DNA of 64,000 nt from Octopus sinensis (GCF_006345805.1 NC_043002.1:57970001-58034000); one strand, 5' to 3'. Shown: positions 25,355 through 38,649, counted from the first letter of the stretch. A program made the numbers and translations. The notes: generated by a model not told the origin, from the letters alone.

Positions 25355-25392
25355 CTGTCCGACGAACGGGAACGTGAAAATCTGAGTAACAG
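25355..25392 (+). ncRNA. Minimal type I hammerhead motif in a pLTR-like cassette (25330-25497)
   Basis: ctgt-CCGACGA-acg ggaa cgt-GAAA-atctgag-TA-acag; stem I ctgt/acag, stem II acg/cgt. Confidence 0.55.
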
Positions 25393-25510
25393 CTTTTGTT
25401 ATATTTCTGCTATTTTTAAATAAAGCATATTACTCTATCTCTGGTATTTGAGTACTCTTTTTTCCACCTTGTTTCACATTTATGTGCTTACTCCAATATA
25501 TATATATATA

Positions 25511-27057
25511 TTCAGAACCGAATTAACACCGCATGGATGGACATCTATCGACGGAGACAAATACATAATAAATTCAAGAACAACTTCATTACAAAGGACA
25601 GTAGATTACCCAGATTTTATCACCTCATTAAAACACACAAGAATAGCAACACGATCCAGATTAGACCCATCATCTCCAGCGTGGAAGGCCCTCTATATAA
25701 AATATCCTGGTTACTTTCTCACCTCCTGAAACCCATACTCTCCACCTTTCCTGGACACGTCAAGAATTCCAACGAAGTCATCAAAAGACCGCACCAATTG
25801 CCCATAGACCAACTGAGGCAAAACAGATATGCCTTTAGTCTTGACGTTGTTCAATGTACACAACGGTGCCAGGACACTCGGCAGTCAACCTATTGACTAA
25901 CTGCATAATATCATCCGACATCCAATGCTTCGGACTTACCGCAGCTGATGTAGATCAAATTTTGTCCATCATAGTGGACAACACCTACTTCTTTTTCCAG
26001 GACCACATTTACAGACAGCAGGTCTCCCCATGGGATCCAGTCTCCCGGGGCTGATAGCCATCACTTATATGAACCATCTGGAACGTCGAGCACTCAACAT
26101 CTGCCACTCACACGCCTTCACCAGGCACGTAGATGACATCCTCATACTGACATCTTCCCGTGAAGAGGCTGACAATATTCACGACGTTCAATAACATGGA
26201 CATGAACATAAAGTTCACTATAGAACATCCCGACATCACTGGATCGCTATCACTACTTGACTTCAAACTGAATATAACGGAAGAAGTGGGGGATCCACAA
26301 CGAATTCTACAGGAAAGCAGCCAGTAGAGATGTGCTTGTCCAGTAAAATTCAGCACTTCCACTCGGTGCCAAAATAGGATACGCCAGAAATGAATTTGCA
26401 TGCATCCAAGGTAAGTGCAGCAGAACGGAGGACAAGGTGACCCACACAACAGGCTTCCTAGATATATTGAAAACCAACGGGTACCCTAGATCCATTGTAA
26501 ATAGGCTTGAGTACCCAAGACGACCAACACGCCGAACACATAGAAAACCCAGCAACACATGCTTCCTTAAAATACCCCATTTTAGCGAGAGGATAACTAC
26601 AACCATCCGAAGAGCCATAAGAAGAGATAGGTTAGATATACAACTCTCCCACTCCGGCCTCTCTCTGAGAGGACACCTCACAAAGAAACGAAAAAGGGAC
26701 AACAATCAATGTACGCTAACAAACTGTCCCATCTGTGACACAGATTTATGCTAACGGGTAAATGTTGTGTATAGAATACAATGTAACAAATGCAAGTTCT
26801 ATGTGGAGAGCACAAGATCTTTACACGTCCGCATCAAAGAGCATCTGAACACGAGAGCCTCCTCCTTAAGAAAACATCTAGACAGATGCCGCAACACTAA
26901 CAAAAGCATAACAGTTACAATTGAGGCCAAGAAAGAAATTTGGGTAATTTAAGAATTAAGGAAGCTATACTCATACACAGACAAGGGCCCAAAATTAACA
27001 ACAGGCTAGAGGTTGGTAATCAATACATTATTTAGCTACATCTGGATGCGTGTAGGT
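25511..27057 (+). mobile_element. Penelope-like element lineage B (RT + GIY-YIG), 5'-truncated, frameshifted
   Basis: LPRFYHLIKTHK..IRPIISS..LLKPIL, FSLDVV, RHVDDILIL, CTLTNCPIC, VVYRIQCNKCKFYVESTRSLHVRIKEH. Confidence 0.88.
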
Positions 27058-27068
27058 TCATTTTTGAA

Positions 27069-27256
27069 GGGTTAGATATACAACTATCCCACTCTGGCCC
27101 CTCTCTGGGAGGACTCCTCACAAAGAAACGAACAAAGGACAACAATCAATGTACACTAACAAACTGTCCCATTCGTGACGCAGATTTATGCTAACGGGTA
27201 AATGTTGTGCATAGAATACAATGTAACAAATGCAATAAGTTCTATGTGGGTAGCAC
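27069..27256 (+). repeat. Diverged partial duplicate of 26628-26806 (pre-GIY-YIG region of lineage B)
   Basis: gggttagatatacaact..ctcacaaagaaacg..aacaaactgtccc..gtaaatgttgtg..gttctatgtgg occurs twice. Confidence 0.85.
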
Positions 27257-28727
27257 ATCTGCGACCCCCTTCGACGTCAGCATGGGTGCTAACGACTCTG
27301 CTGAAATAAGTGACCTAGTGGGCCTTTTCATCCTCCATAGGCTGAAAACCCTATTCACAGGCCTCTCCGGTGATCTTTACCGCGATGACGGCCTTTTCGC
27401 CCTCCACAAAGTAAACCCCAGGACCACGGATGGGTTCCGGAAAAATCTTTACACCTTCTTTAAAAACTTAGGCCTTAGGATTACCTTAGAATCCAACTTA
27501 ACTAAAGCTAACTTCCTTGATGTCACCCTCGACTTAAAAACCTCACTTTATTACCCGTACCACAAACCGAATGAATCCCTTAAATATATAGATATTAATT
27601 CAAACCACCCCAAAAATATATTAGATAACCTAGTAAAAAGTGTCTCAATTAGAATTTCTAGCCTGTCAGCCCCCTATTACAACGAGGCCCTGGCCCGCAG
27701 TGGCTTCAAAGATAAGATTACCTATACTAGTATAGCCCCACGCCAACCCAGGAAAAATAGACGAAGACACATTAGCTGGTACAACCCCCCCTTCAACCGT
27801 GAGGTCGCTACACCTGTAGCTAAAATCTTCTTCACTCTCCTACAGAAACACTTCCCCACCCAACATAAGTACTACACTATCCTAAATAAGAACACTATTA
27901 GACTCTCCTACTCTACCACGCCCAATCTAGCCGAACCTAGCCAACAACAATGTGAAAAAACTTAACATACCTACTTTTTCCGAGGCCATCCAAGTCCGAT
28001 AGCAATTGCAACTGCCCTGATAAAACTACCTGCCCCCTCAACAACAACTGCCTACAGAGGGACCTAGTATATACATGCGAGGTAAGATCAGGCCCTGACG
28101 ATAAAAGAAAATCCTACATAGGAATGACGTCAAACAGCTTTAAGACCCGTTGGTACGCACACACACACTCGTTCCGGCGACAGGATAAATCCAACCAAAC
28201 TACCCTCGCCGCCCACATATGGTACCTTAAAAGGAATTCCATCCCCTTCAAGACCAAGTGGAAACTACTACAGAAGGCGCGCTCGTACACAGGAGGCCAT
28301 ACTGCTGTGACCTCTGCATATGAGAGCCTAGAGATCTTGTTCGCCAAAGGCCCTCTCCTTAACAAAATCTCAGAACACTCCCAAATTGTTTGCATAAGAA
28401 GTATGCGAACTACAAGAACTATAGACCTACCCGGCAACCAGACTGATGACACCCCACCCACAAAACCCCCCAATCCCACCGTTCCCCTAGCCACCCCGAT
28501 TACCTTTTCTCCTAAGACCTCTCACATATTGTATGTGCACGCTTGTAGATGTGTATCGTATATGTATAGAAATGTATGGGTATAGTAGGATTATACGCAT
28601 GTATTATGTGTGTGTGTGCGTGTATGTATGTAAAAAAAATATATATATGTGTATGTATATATATATATATATATATTATAATATATATATATATATATAT
28701 AATATATATATATATATATGTATGTGC

Positions 28728-28760
<33 letters not shown>

Positions 28761-29246
28761 TAGATGTATGTATGTATATATGTATATTTGTGTGTATGCA
28801 TATGTATGTGTATATGTATGTGTGTATGTATATATATGTGTGTAAGTGTGTATATATGTAAATGTAAGTGTGTGTGCTTGTATGAGAATGTATGTATGTT
28901 TGCACACATGTATATATATGTGTGTGTATGTGTGTGTGTATGTATATGTGTGTGTATATATATATATATATATGTATGTATACATACATATATATATATA
29001 TATATATGTGTATATATATGTGTATGTATATATATGTGTATGTGAGTGTGTGTGTATACATGTGTGTATGTGTATGTATGTATGTATATATATGCGTGTG
29101 CATGGGTATATGTATATGTACATATGCGCGTACGCTCGTGTGTTTATGTATGTGTAGGTACGTAGAGTTATCTATGTGTGTATTTATATGTACATGTGTA
29201 AGTATGTATATGTATATGTATGTATGTGTATGTATATGTATGTGTA

Positions 29247-29294
<48 letters not shown>

Positions 29295-29383
29295 ATGTAT
29301 GTATGTGTGGTGTGTATATGTAGGTGTATGTGTGTATGTATATATTTGTGTATATAATATGTGTGTATATGTGTATGGTATAT

Positions 29384-29419
<36 letters not shown>

Positions 29420-29591
29420 ATTATATATAATCTATGTGTGTAAGTTTATTATATGTATGTATCCGTCTATATAATAGGTATCTGCACGTACATATACTTA
29501 ATATTTATTTTTTGAGTATGCATGTATGAATAACTGCGCGTATATATATTTACTATTTACTTATTTTTTGAGTATGCATGTTAGTATGAAT

Positions 29592-29656
<65 letters not shown>

Positions 29657-29798
29657 ATGTATATATATATGTGTATATGTATATGTGTACATGTATGTAT
29701 TGTATGTAGGTGTACATGTATGTGTGTGTATTTATATTTATGGGTGTATATGTATAGACTAGCCTTCTAAGAGTGTAGACATGAATCTGTAGGTACGC

Positions 29799-29848
<50 letters not shown>

Positions 29849-30714
29849 ATATATGTACATGTATGTATTTGTATGTAGGTGTACATGTATGTGTTGTATT
29901 TATATTTATTGGTGTATATGTATAGACTAGCCTTCTAAGAGTGTAGACATGAATCTGTAGGTACGCGTACGTATGTGTATATACGTGAATGTATGTAGAT
30001 GTATGTATGTATGAATATAACGCGTGCGTGCGTGTATGCGTATGAGTGTACGAATGAGTGAGTGTACGTGCTAAAGAGTGTGCGTGAGTGAATGAGTAAT
30101 TGTTTTCCAGTAGAAGATAAATGGTCTGGCTGTCATAGCCAAGATGTTTGTGACCAAGCGCCAAAGATAACAAAAGTAATAAACGAAGATAATAAAATAA
30201 AATTAGGGAATGGGTCTGTATTTGTATATGTATATATATATGTGTGTATGTGTAGGTATGCATGGGTACACATATGTATATATATGTGTATATATATATA
30301 TATATGTGTATGTATATATATGTGTATATGTATGTGTATGTATGTATATACATGTGTATGTATGTGTATTGTGGTGTATATATATATATGTGTGTATGTG
30401 TATATATGTTATATAGGGACTAGTGTGCTGTGTGTGCATGTGTGTGTATGGATTTGTGTGTGTATGCGTGTATGTGAGTATGTGTGTGTATGTGTATATA
30501 TATATTTTTCTGTGTGTATATGTATGTGTGGTCGTGTGGTATATATACATGTGTGTATACGTGTATGCAAGTGAGTTGTGTATGTATACATATATATGTG
30601 TATGGTAGATATGTATATGTATGTGTGAGGTATATATGTGTGTATGTGTAGAGGTATAAGTGAGAATCTCCTTATTACCTAAAACTCTATTCCCCCTTAT
30701 ACATATATATATAG

Positions 30715-30746
<32 letters not shown>

Positions 30747-31065
30747 TTTTTTTATATTATATTTTTTATTATCTTTTTATTTTTTATTTTTTATTTTTTA
30801 TTTTATTTTTTATTTTTTTTTTAATTTATTTTATTTTTTTTTTTTATTTATTTTTTTTTTTTTTTATTTATTCTCCTATCTAATTTAACACTGACTCCTT
30901 GACCACTCCCCCAAGTATGATTTTTTGCGCTATGCCTACCCCAAAAAAGTCCCCCACCAACACCCCTTTAAACCTGCCTAAATGTATAAATGCCAATACA
31001 ATTCTTGTTACTAGCTTCTGAAGATTTCTCTGAATGAAACAGTTCTAGTCCTGTAGAAGCTCCTT
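27257..31065 (+). mobile_element. Penelope-like element lineage C, 5'-truncated upstream copy (pseudo-LTR) including a ~2.4-kb microsatellite-rich tail
   Basis: MGANDSAEISDLVGLFIL, LYRDDGL, NFLDVTLDL, WYNPPFN..QKHFP, CNCPDKTTCPL, SYIGMTSNSFKTRW; collinear with 32104-35900. Confidence 0.9.
31014..31060 (+). ncRNA. Type I hammerhead ribozyme at the junction of the two lineage C copies
   Basis: gctt-CTGAAGA-tttctctgaat-GAAA-cag ttctagtc ctg-TA-gaagc; predicted cleavage after 31055 (GUA). Confidence 0.65.
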
Positions 31066-33534
31066 CTATATAATAAATTAATTTTACTCTGCTATGTATT
31101 GAGTACCTTATTTACTGTGGTTAACCCCGAATCAACCGGGACCTACATATCCTAGCACACCCTAGTGCCCTTATAACCATCACCAAGAAAAATGCTGACA
31201 AGAATTGACCTCGACACTTCCCTGAAGAACATTACTATCCCACCAAGGAAACAGTACCAAAAGCCCTCATTAGACGGACTGATGAGTTCATCAAAAGAAT
31301 CCGATGGAGATCGTTCTTCTTCGACCATCCTGATGTAGCATCTACCAGTAATGATAAGTACGGCTTCAAATCAAATAAGGCCCCTCCTACCAACAGCCTA
31401 CTTGAACCGTTTGAAGAAGACCTCTTCCTCATGATAAAAAACATCAATTCAGGAGAGTCAACTTACCTTTCCAAACGGAACTGAATGAGAAGCTTTCGAA
31501 AATGAAAAGCTCCAAGAACCTCCATGTCCCTTCGGACAAGACAAAAAATATTTACGCGGTGACTCCGGATACCTACAACAGACTAGCCGATAACGCCATC
31601 ACAGCTAAGTACAAGAAAGTAGACGACGCAGCGCTAACTGAAACCAATTTAGCCGGGAAAGTGATTGCCACCTCCCTTAAAATCGATGACCGAACCGAAC
31701 CCCTGAGGGTGAAGTCCCCACACTTCACCCTGAAGGACCACAAAGACCATTTCGAAAAAAAACCGTCGGTCCGTTTGATTAACCCAACCAAGTCTGACAT
31801 CGGATCCGTCAGCAAGAAGATCCTGGACAGGATTTTACCAAAAATGCGTGAAGCTTCACCCCTTCCACTCTGGAATAGGACCTCCGAGGCAATAACCTGG
31901 TTCCAGGATTTACCTGATAAAAGCAACACCCGATTCCTACAACTGGATATCGAGGATTACTACGCCTCCATATCGGAGAGCTTGCTGATCGACGCGATTA
32001 ACTTCGCCAGGAGGTCTTCCATCACCGAGGTCGAGCAAGATGTGATACTCCACGCACGTAAGACTTTTCTTTTCTATGACGGATCCCACTGGATCAACAA
32101 AAAATCTGTGACCCCCTTCGACGTCAGCATGGGTGCTAACGACTCTGCTGAAATAAGTGACCTAGTGGGCCTTTTCATCCTCCATAGGCTGAAAACCCTA
32201 TTCACAGGCCTCTCCGGTGGTCTTACCGCGATGACGGCCTTTTCGCCCTCCACAAAGTAAACCCCAGGACCACGGATGGGTTCCGGAAAATCTTTACACC
32301 TTCTTTAAAAACTTAGGCCTTAGGATTACCTTAGAATCCAACTTAACTAAAGCTAACTTCCTTGATGTCACCCTCGACTTAAAAACCTCACTTTATTACC
32401 CGTACCACAAACCGAATGAATCCCTTAAATATATAGATATTAATTCAAACCACCCCAAAAATATATTAGATAACCTAGTAAAAAGTGTCTCAATTAGAAT
32501 TTCTAGCCTGTCCGCCACGGAAGATATCTTTAAGGCCGCAGCCCCCTATTACAACGAGGCCCTGGCCCGCAGTGGCTTCAAAGATAAGATTACCTATACT
32601 AGTATAGCCCCACGCCAACCAGGAAAAATAGACGAAGACACATTAGCTGGTACAACCCCCCCTTCAACCGTGAGGTCGCTACACCTGTAGCTAAAATCTT
32701 CTTCACTCTCCTACAGAAACACTTCCCCACCCAACATAAGTACTACACTATCCTAAATAAGAACACTATTAGACTCTCCTACTCTACCACGCCCAATCTA
32801 GCCAGGAACCTAGCCAACAACAATGTGAAAAAACTTAACATACCTACTTTTTCCGAGGCCCATCCAACGTCCGATAGCAATTGCAACTGCCCTGATAAAA
32901 CTACCTGCCCCCTCAACAACAACTGCCTACAGAGGGACCTAGTATATACATGCGAGGTAAGATCAGGCCCTGACGATAAAGAAAATCCTACATAGGAATG
33001 ACGTCAAACAGCTTTAAGACCCGTTGGTACGCACACACACACTCGTTCCGGCGACAGGATAAATCCAACCAAACTACCCTCGCCGCCCACATCTGGTACC
33101 TTAAAAGGAATTCCATCCCCTTCAAGACCAAGTGGAAACTACTACAGAAGGCGCGCTCGTACACAGGAGGCCATACCTGCTGTGACCTCTGCATATCGGA
33201 GAGCCTAGAGATCTTGTTCGCCAAAGGCCCTCTCCTTAACAAAATCTCAGAACACTCCCAAATTGTTTGCATAAGAAGTATGCGAACTACAAGAACTATA
33301 GACCTACCCGGCAACCAGATTGATGACACCCCACCCACAAAACCCCCCAATCCCACCGTTCCCCTAGCACCCCCGATTACCTTTTCTCCTAAGACCTTTC
33401 ACATATTGTATGTGCACGCTTGTAGATGTGTATCGTATATATGTATAGAAATGTATGGGTATAGTAGGATTATACGCATGTATTATGTGTGTGTGTGCGT
33501 GTATGTATGTAAAAAAAATATATATGTGTATATG

Positions 33535-33567
<33 letters not shown>

Positions 33568-34140
33568 TATATATATATATGTATATATTATATATATATA
33601 TATATATGTATGTGCGTGTGTGTGTGTGTGTGTTGTATATATGTATAGATGTATGTATGTATATATGTATATTTGTGTGTATGCATATGATGTGTATATG
33701 TGTGTGTATGTTATATATAGGTGGGTAAGTGGTGTGTGTGCTTGTATGAGAATGTATGTATGTTTGCACACATGTATATATATGGTGTGTATGTGTGTGT
33801 GTATGTATATGTGTGTGTATATATATATATATATATGTATGTATACATACATATATAATATATATATGTGTATATATATGTGTATGTATATATTGTGTAT
33901 GTGAGTGTGTGTGTATACATGTGTGTATACATGTGTATGTGTATGTATGTATGTATATATATGCGTGTGCATGGGTATATGTATATGTACATATGCGCGT
34001 ACGCTCGTGTGTTTATGTATGTGTAGGTACGTAGAGTTATCTATGTGTGTATTTATATGTACATGTGTAAGTATGTATATATATATATGTATGGTATGTG
34101 TATGTTAGTAGTGTATGTGTGTGTGTGTGTATATATATAT

Positions 34141-34171
<31 letters not shown>

Positions 34172-34241
34172 GTGTATGTGTATATGTAGGTGTATGTGTG
34201 TATGTATATATTTGGTATATATATATGTGTATATGTGTATG

Positions 34242-34288
<47 letters not shown>

Positions 34289-34461
34289 ATCTATGTGTGT
34301 AAGTTATTATATGTATGTATCCGTCTATATAATAGGTATCTGCACGTACATATACTTAATATTTATTTTTTGAGTATGCATGTATGAATAACTGCGCGTA
34401 TATATATTTACTATTTACTTATTTTTGAGTATGCTGTTAGTATGAATATATATATGTATAG

Positions 34462-34504
<43 letters not shown>

Positions 34505-35535
34505 TATATATATATGTATATGTAATATATATATGTGTATGTATGTATAGTGTACATGTATGTATTTGTATGTAGGTGTACATGTATGTGTGTGTATTTA
34601 TATTTATGGGTGTATATGTATAGACTAGCCTTCTAAGAGTGTAGACATGAATCTGTAGGTACGCGTATATATAGATATTATATATTAATATATATATATA
34701 TATATATGTACATGTATGTATTTGTATGTAGGTACATGTATGTGTGTGTATTATATTTATTGTGTATATGTATAGAACTAGCCTTCTAAGAGTGTAGACA
34801 TGAATCTGTAGGTACGCGTACGTATGTGTATATACGTGAATGTATGTAGATGTATGTATGTATGAATAACGCGTGCGTGCGTGTATGCGTATGAGTGTAC
34901 GAATGAGTGAGTGTACGTGCTAAAGAGTGTGCGTGAGTGAATGTAATTGTTTTCCGTAGACGGATAATGGTCTGGCTGTCATAGCCAAGATGTTTGTGAC
35001 CAAGCGGCCAAAGATAACAAAAGTAATAAACGAAGATAATAAAATTAAAATTAGGGAATGGGTCTGTATTGTATATGTATATATATATGTGTGTATGTGT
35101 AGGTATGCAGGGTACACATATGTATATATATGTGTATATATATATATATGTGGATGTATATATATGTGTATATGTATGGTGTATGTATATATATGTTATG
35201 TATGTGATGTGTGGGTGGATATATATATATGTGTGTATGGTATATATGTGTATATAGGGATAGTGTGCTGTGTGTGCATGTGTGTGTAGGGATTTGTGTG
35301 TGTATGCGTGTATGTGAGTATGGGTGTGTGGTGTATATATAATTTTCTGTGTGTATATGTATGTGTGGTGTGTGTGTATATATACATGTGTGTATACGTG
35401 TATGCAAGTGAGTTTGTGTATGTATACATATATATGGGTATGTGTGTAGATATGTATATGTGTATGTGTGAGTGATATATGTGTGTATGTGTAGAGGTAT
35501 AAGTGAGAATCTCCTTATTTACCTAAAACTCTATT

Positions 35536-35566
<31 letters not shown>

Positions 35567-35905
35567 ATACATATATTTTTATTTTTTATATTTATATTTT
35601 TATATCTTTTTATTTTTATTTTTTATTTTTATTTTTATTTTATTTTATTTTTTTTTTAATTTATTTATTTTTGTTTTTTTATTTTATTTTATTTTTTTTT
35701 TATTCTCCTATCTAATTTAACACTGACTCTTGACCACTCCCCCAAGTATGATTTTTTGCGCTATGCCTACCCCAAAAAAGTCCCCCACCAACACCCCTTT
35801 AAACCTGCCTAAATGTATTAATGCCAATACAATTCTTGTTAACTAGCTTCCTGAAGATTTCTCTTGAATGAAACAGTTCTAGTCCTGTAGAAGCTCCTTC
35901 TTATA
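31066..35905 (+). mobile_element. Penelope-like element lineage C, full-length copy (ORF from ATG 31192 to ~33400, several 1-nt frameshifts); probably Hydra-clade-like
   Basis: MLTRIDLDTSLKNITIP..FIKRIRWRSFFF..YGFKS, VRLINPTKSDIG, FLQLDIEDYYASI, YRDD, C-terminal GIY-YIG; ends in (TA)n just after the hammerhead. Confidence 0.9.
35846..35894 (+). ncRNA. Type I hammerhead ribozyme at the 3' end of the lineage C element
   Basis: gcttc-CTGAAGA-tttctcttgaat-GAAA-cag..ctg-TA-gaagc; 5-bp stem I; predicted cleavage after 35889. Confidence 0.7.
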
Positions 35906-35923
35906 ATATATATATATTATATA

Positions 35924-36014
<91 letters not shown>

Positions 36015-36228
36015 ATGGTATATAATATATATAAGTAGGTGAATGAATTATCTAGTATGGATAATTCGGTTAATCGATATCTGAGTAGCAAATTCACGTC
36101 AGTAAAACACGGTTGAAGCTACATGCCAAGGGCAGAACCCCGTGTTTTGTGTGGGAATTTGTGTGATTTTTTTATATGAATAAATGAAAAGAATGGTGTC
36201 GAACGAAGATTTTAACAAAATTCCTTTA

Positions 36229-36308
36229 CTTTCGACATGTTTCGAAGACCGGACACTCTTAATTCTGAAGGAATGAAGGTTGCATTATGCCGTTTTCTCA
36301 TCAGGAAA
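36229..36308 (-). ncRNA. Type I hammerhead motif with long stem II
   Basis: The - strand reads tttc-CTGATGA-gaa...ttc-GAAA-catg-TC-gaaa; palindromic stem III ACATGT, GUC site. Confidence 0.6.
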
Positions 36309-36800
36309 TGCAAGGAACCTCTATCATCCTCAAGACGGACAAAAGCTTCTTAATAACTGCCTACATGATTTCCACAGTAATAATGAGTAATTATTTAAAA
36401 TAATCCGTTATAAGCAATGACGTCAAAATTAGTTGGAAGGAGGAAGTTTTTTTTTTAAAATAGGAAGGGGGTTTGTATGCGTTTGCGAGGGTGCAGTATG
36501 CTGTATATATGGATTGACGAGTGTATGCTTTCGTAAGAGTGTGTGTATGAGGTGGGTATAACTGCATCTGTGTCTGTGTCTATGTGTTTGCAAATGTATG
36601 TGTGGAGGGGACAATTGTCAAAAAATATTTAGTATTAATGTGAGAAATTGTGTATATATATATGAGGGGTATTGGTATCTAGAAGACCCAAAGATTAGCA
36701 GAGAACGCTAAGTATTTGATATGGTGAGACCGTAGTTAAACTCTTGGTTCGATAGTGATACGAGTGTGGAGTTTAACGTGGGTCTTGTATTAGCATGTAT

Positions 36801-36838
<38 letters not shown>

Positions 36839-37085
36839 TAGAAAAATGAGATAACACAACCAACAAAGCATATATCCACAACACTCCTTAGTAATCCCCA
36901 ACAAACCTACTTAACTTTCTTTATCTCAATTTTAATTTTAATCTTTAATCTTTTAACTCCTATCTTTAAGGATCTCAGTCAGTAATAATAAACATTATGG
37001 ACACACAAGCGGATACATGTGTGTGTGGAAATGTGTGAGCATGTATGTTTGTGTACGTATTTGTATGCACGTGGGTATATGTATG

Positions 37086-37138
<53 letters not shown>

Positions 37139-37186
37139 AAAAAGTCAAAAATAGAAAATGCTAAGATAATTTTATAGTGAATCTTT

Positions 37187-37224
37187 CAGTACCGGTTTCG
37201 GTCATTTTGAGACCTTTTCAGCTG
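37187..37224 (-). ncRNA. Minimal type I hammerhead motif in a cassette (37135-37380) bounded by (TA)n
   Basis: The - strand reads cag-CTGAAAA-ggtc tcaaaat gacc-GAAA-ccgg-TA-ctg; one core substitution relative to CTGAAGA. Confidence 0.6.
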
Positions 37225-37379
37225 TAACGATTAAATAATTAAATTTAGAAAAATTAGAAGAAAAGTTTTTTTAAAAGAATATTTCTGTAGTAGTGTTCAG
37301 ATATAAGTAGCATTCTGCATTTCTCTTACTCCCTTGTTTGCACTGTGTGTTCGAGGTCGTTCGAGGTGTGTTCGAGGTC

Positions 37380-37441
<62 letters not shown>

Positions 37442-38064
37442 TATGTGTGTGTATATTACGTGCATGCGTATATCCAAACATATATGAGTGAGTGTGGTAA
37501 GTGAATATATGCGTGTATATATGTGTGTGTATGTGTATATATTTTCATAGTATTTGAATTGGTACCTACCTACCTACAAGGCATTCACAAAGGATTAGAG
37601 AAAGAGAGAGAGACAGACAGACAGAGAAAGAGACATTCTGAAGACTATGGAAATAATTACTTATTTAACGACTATGGAATGTACTTCATGATAAAATTAT
37701 TTTAGCATTTTCTACCTTCTACACACACACACAAACACACATACACACACACATTGTATTTCGGGATGGTCGCCTTGTTGATATTGTTGCGGCCGTCTCT
37801 GAAGTTATTGTATGTGTGTGTATATGGGCTCACTCCTTATATTGCTTGTACCAGTGCTATTTATACAGTTATAAAGACCAACAACAACGACAACAACAGC
37901 GGTAACAACATCAACAACAATAAGTATGACGATGGAAGCAGTGTGGGTGAACACACAGACACAGAGAGATACAGGAAGTGTACCAAATATCGGGTTCAAG
38001 GACAGCAACAGTGGCAACGGGTGGAGAGGTCGGGGCTGAGGAGAGGGTTATAGAGTTACTAAAA

Positions 38065-38400
38065 TCAATCATACACACACACATACACACTAAACAAACA
38101 AACAATGGCGCAAACGCATGCGCATATAAGGATACACAACATAGATGAACAGAAGGAAATAAGCGTAGCAAGAGCACACGCGAAAACGGAAAGTGTCACT
38201 GAAAATGTCACAGATGTGTGACGAAAGATTTCCGGATAATGGACATAAATTAGAATAAGAAGAGTAATACACGAGTGGAGAGTGAATATATAGTATGTGT
38301 GTTTATTTGACAAAAAAATATCGTCATCCCAAAATACAACAATATCTGTTCCAACACACGGTTTCACATCAGGGATCTAGCAACAGAAATTCATAAACGT
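38065..38400 (-). repeat. Dispersed repeat homologous to 62620-62790 and 63305-63650
   Basis: Shared acagatattgttgtattt(c/t)gg(g/a)atg motif and parallel pseudo-translations (PEIFRHTSVT vs PEFFRHTPVT); the head motif also occurs at ~37755. Confidence 0.6.
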
Positions 38401-38451
38401 ATATATAGTATGTATGTATTATATATATTATATATATATATATATTATATA

Positions 38452-38496
<45 letters not shown>

Positions 38497-38649
38497 ATAA
38501 TATATATATATATTATATTATCAAATGTGAGGATAAAATTCTTTTCGAAAAAAAAATATTTTCTCGAAAAATATTTTATCAATGGCCAGCATATTAAAAA
38601 ATACCTTTAACGGTTAAATTTATAAACAATTCATAAATTGTGCCACATG

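Noticed and set aside
27257-35905. Possibility that the PLEs are Naiad/Chlamys-type (N-terminal endonuclease, selenoprotein)
   Set aside because: GIY-YIG lies C-terminal to RT in lineages A, B and C, and the lesions are frameshifts rather than consistent in-frame TGA codons
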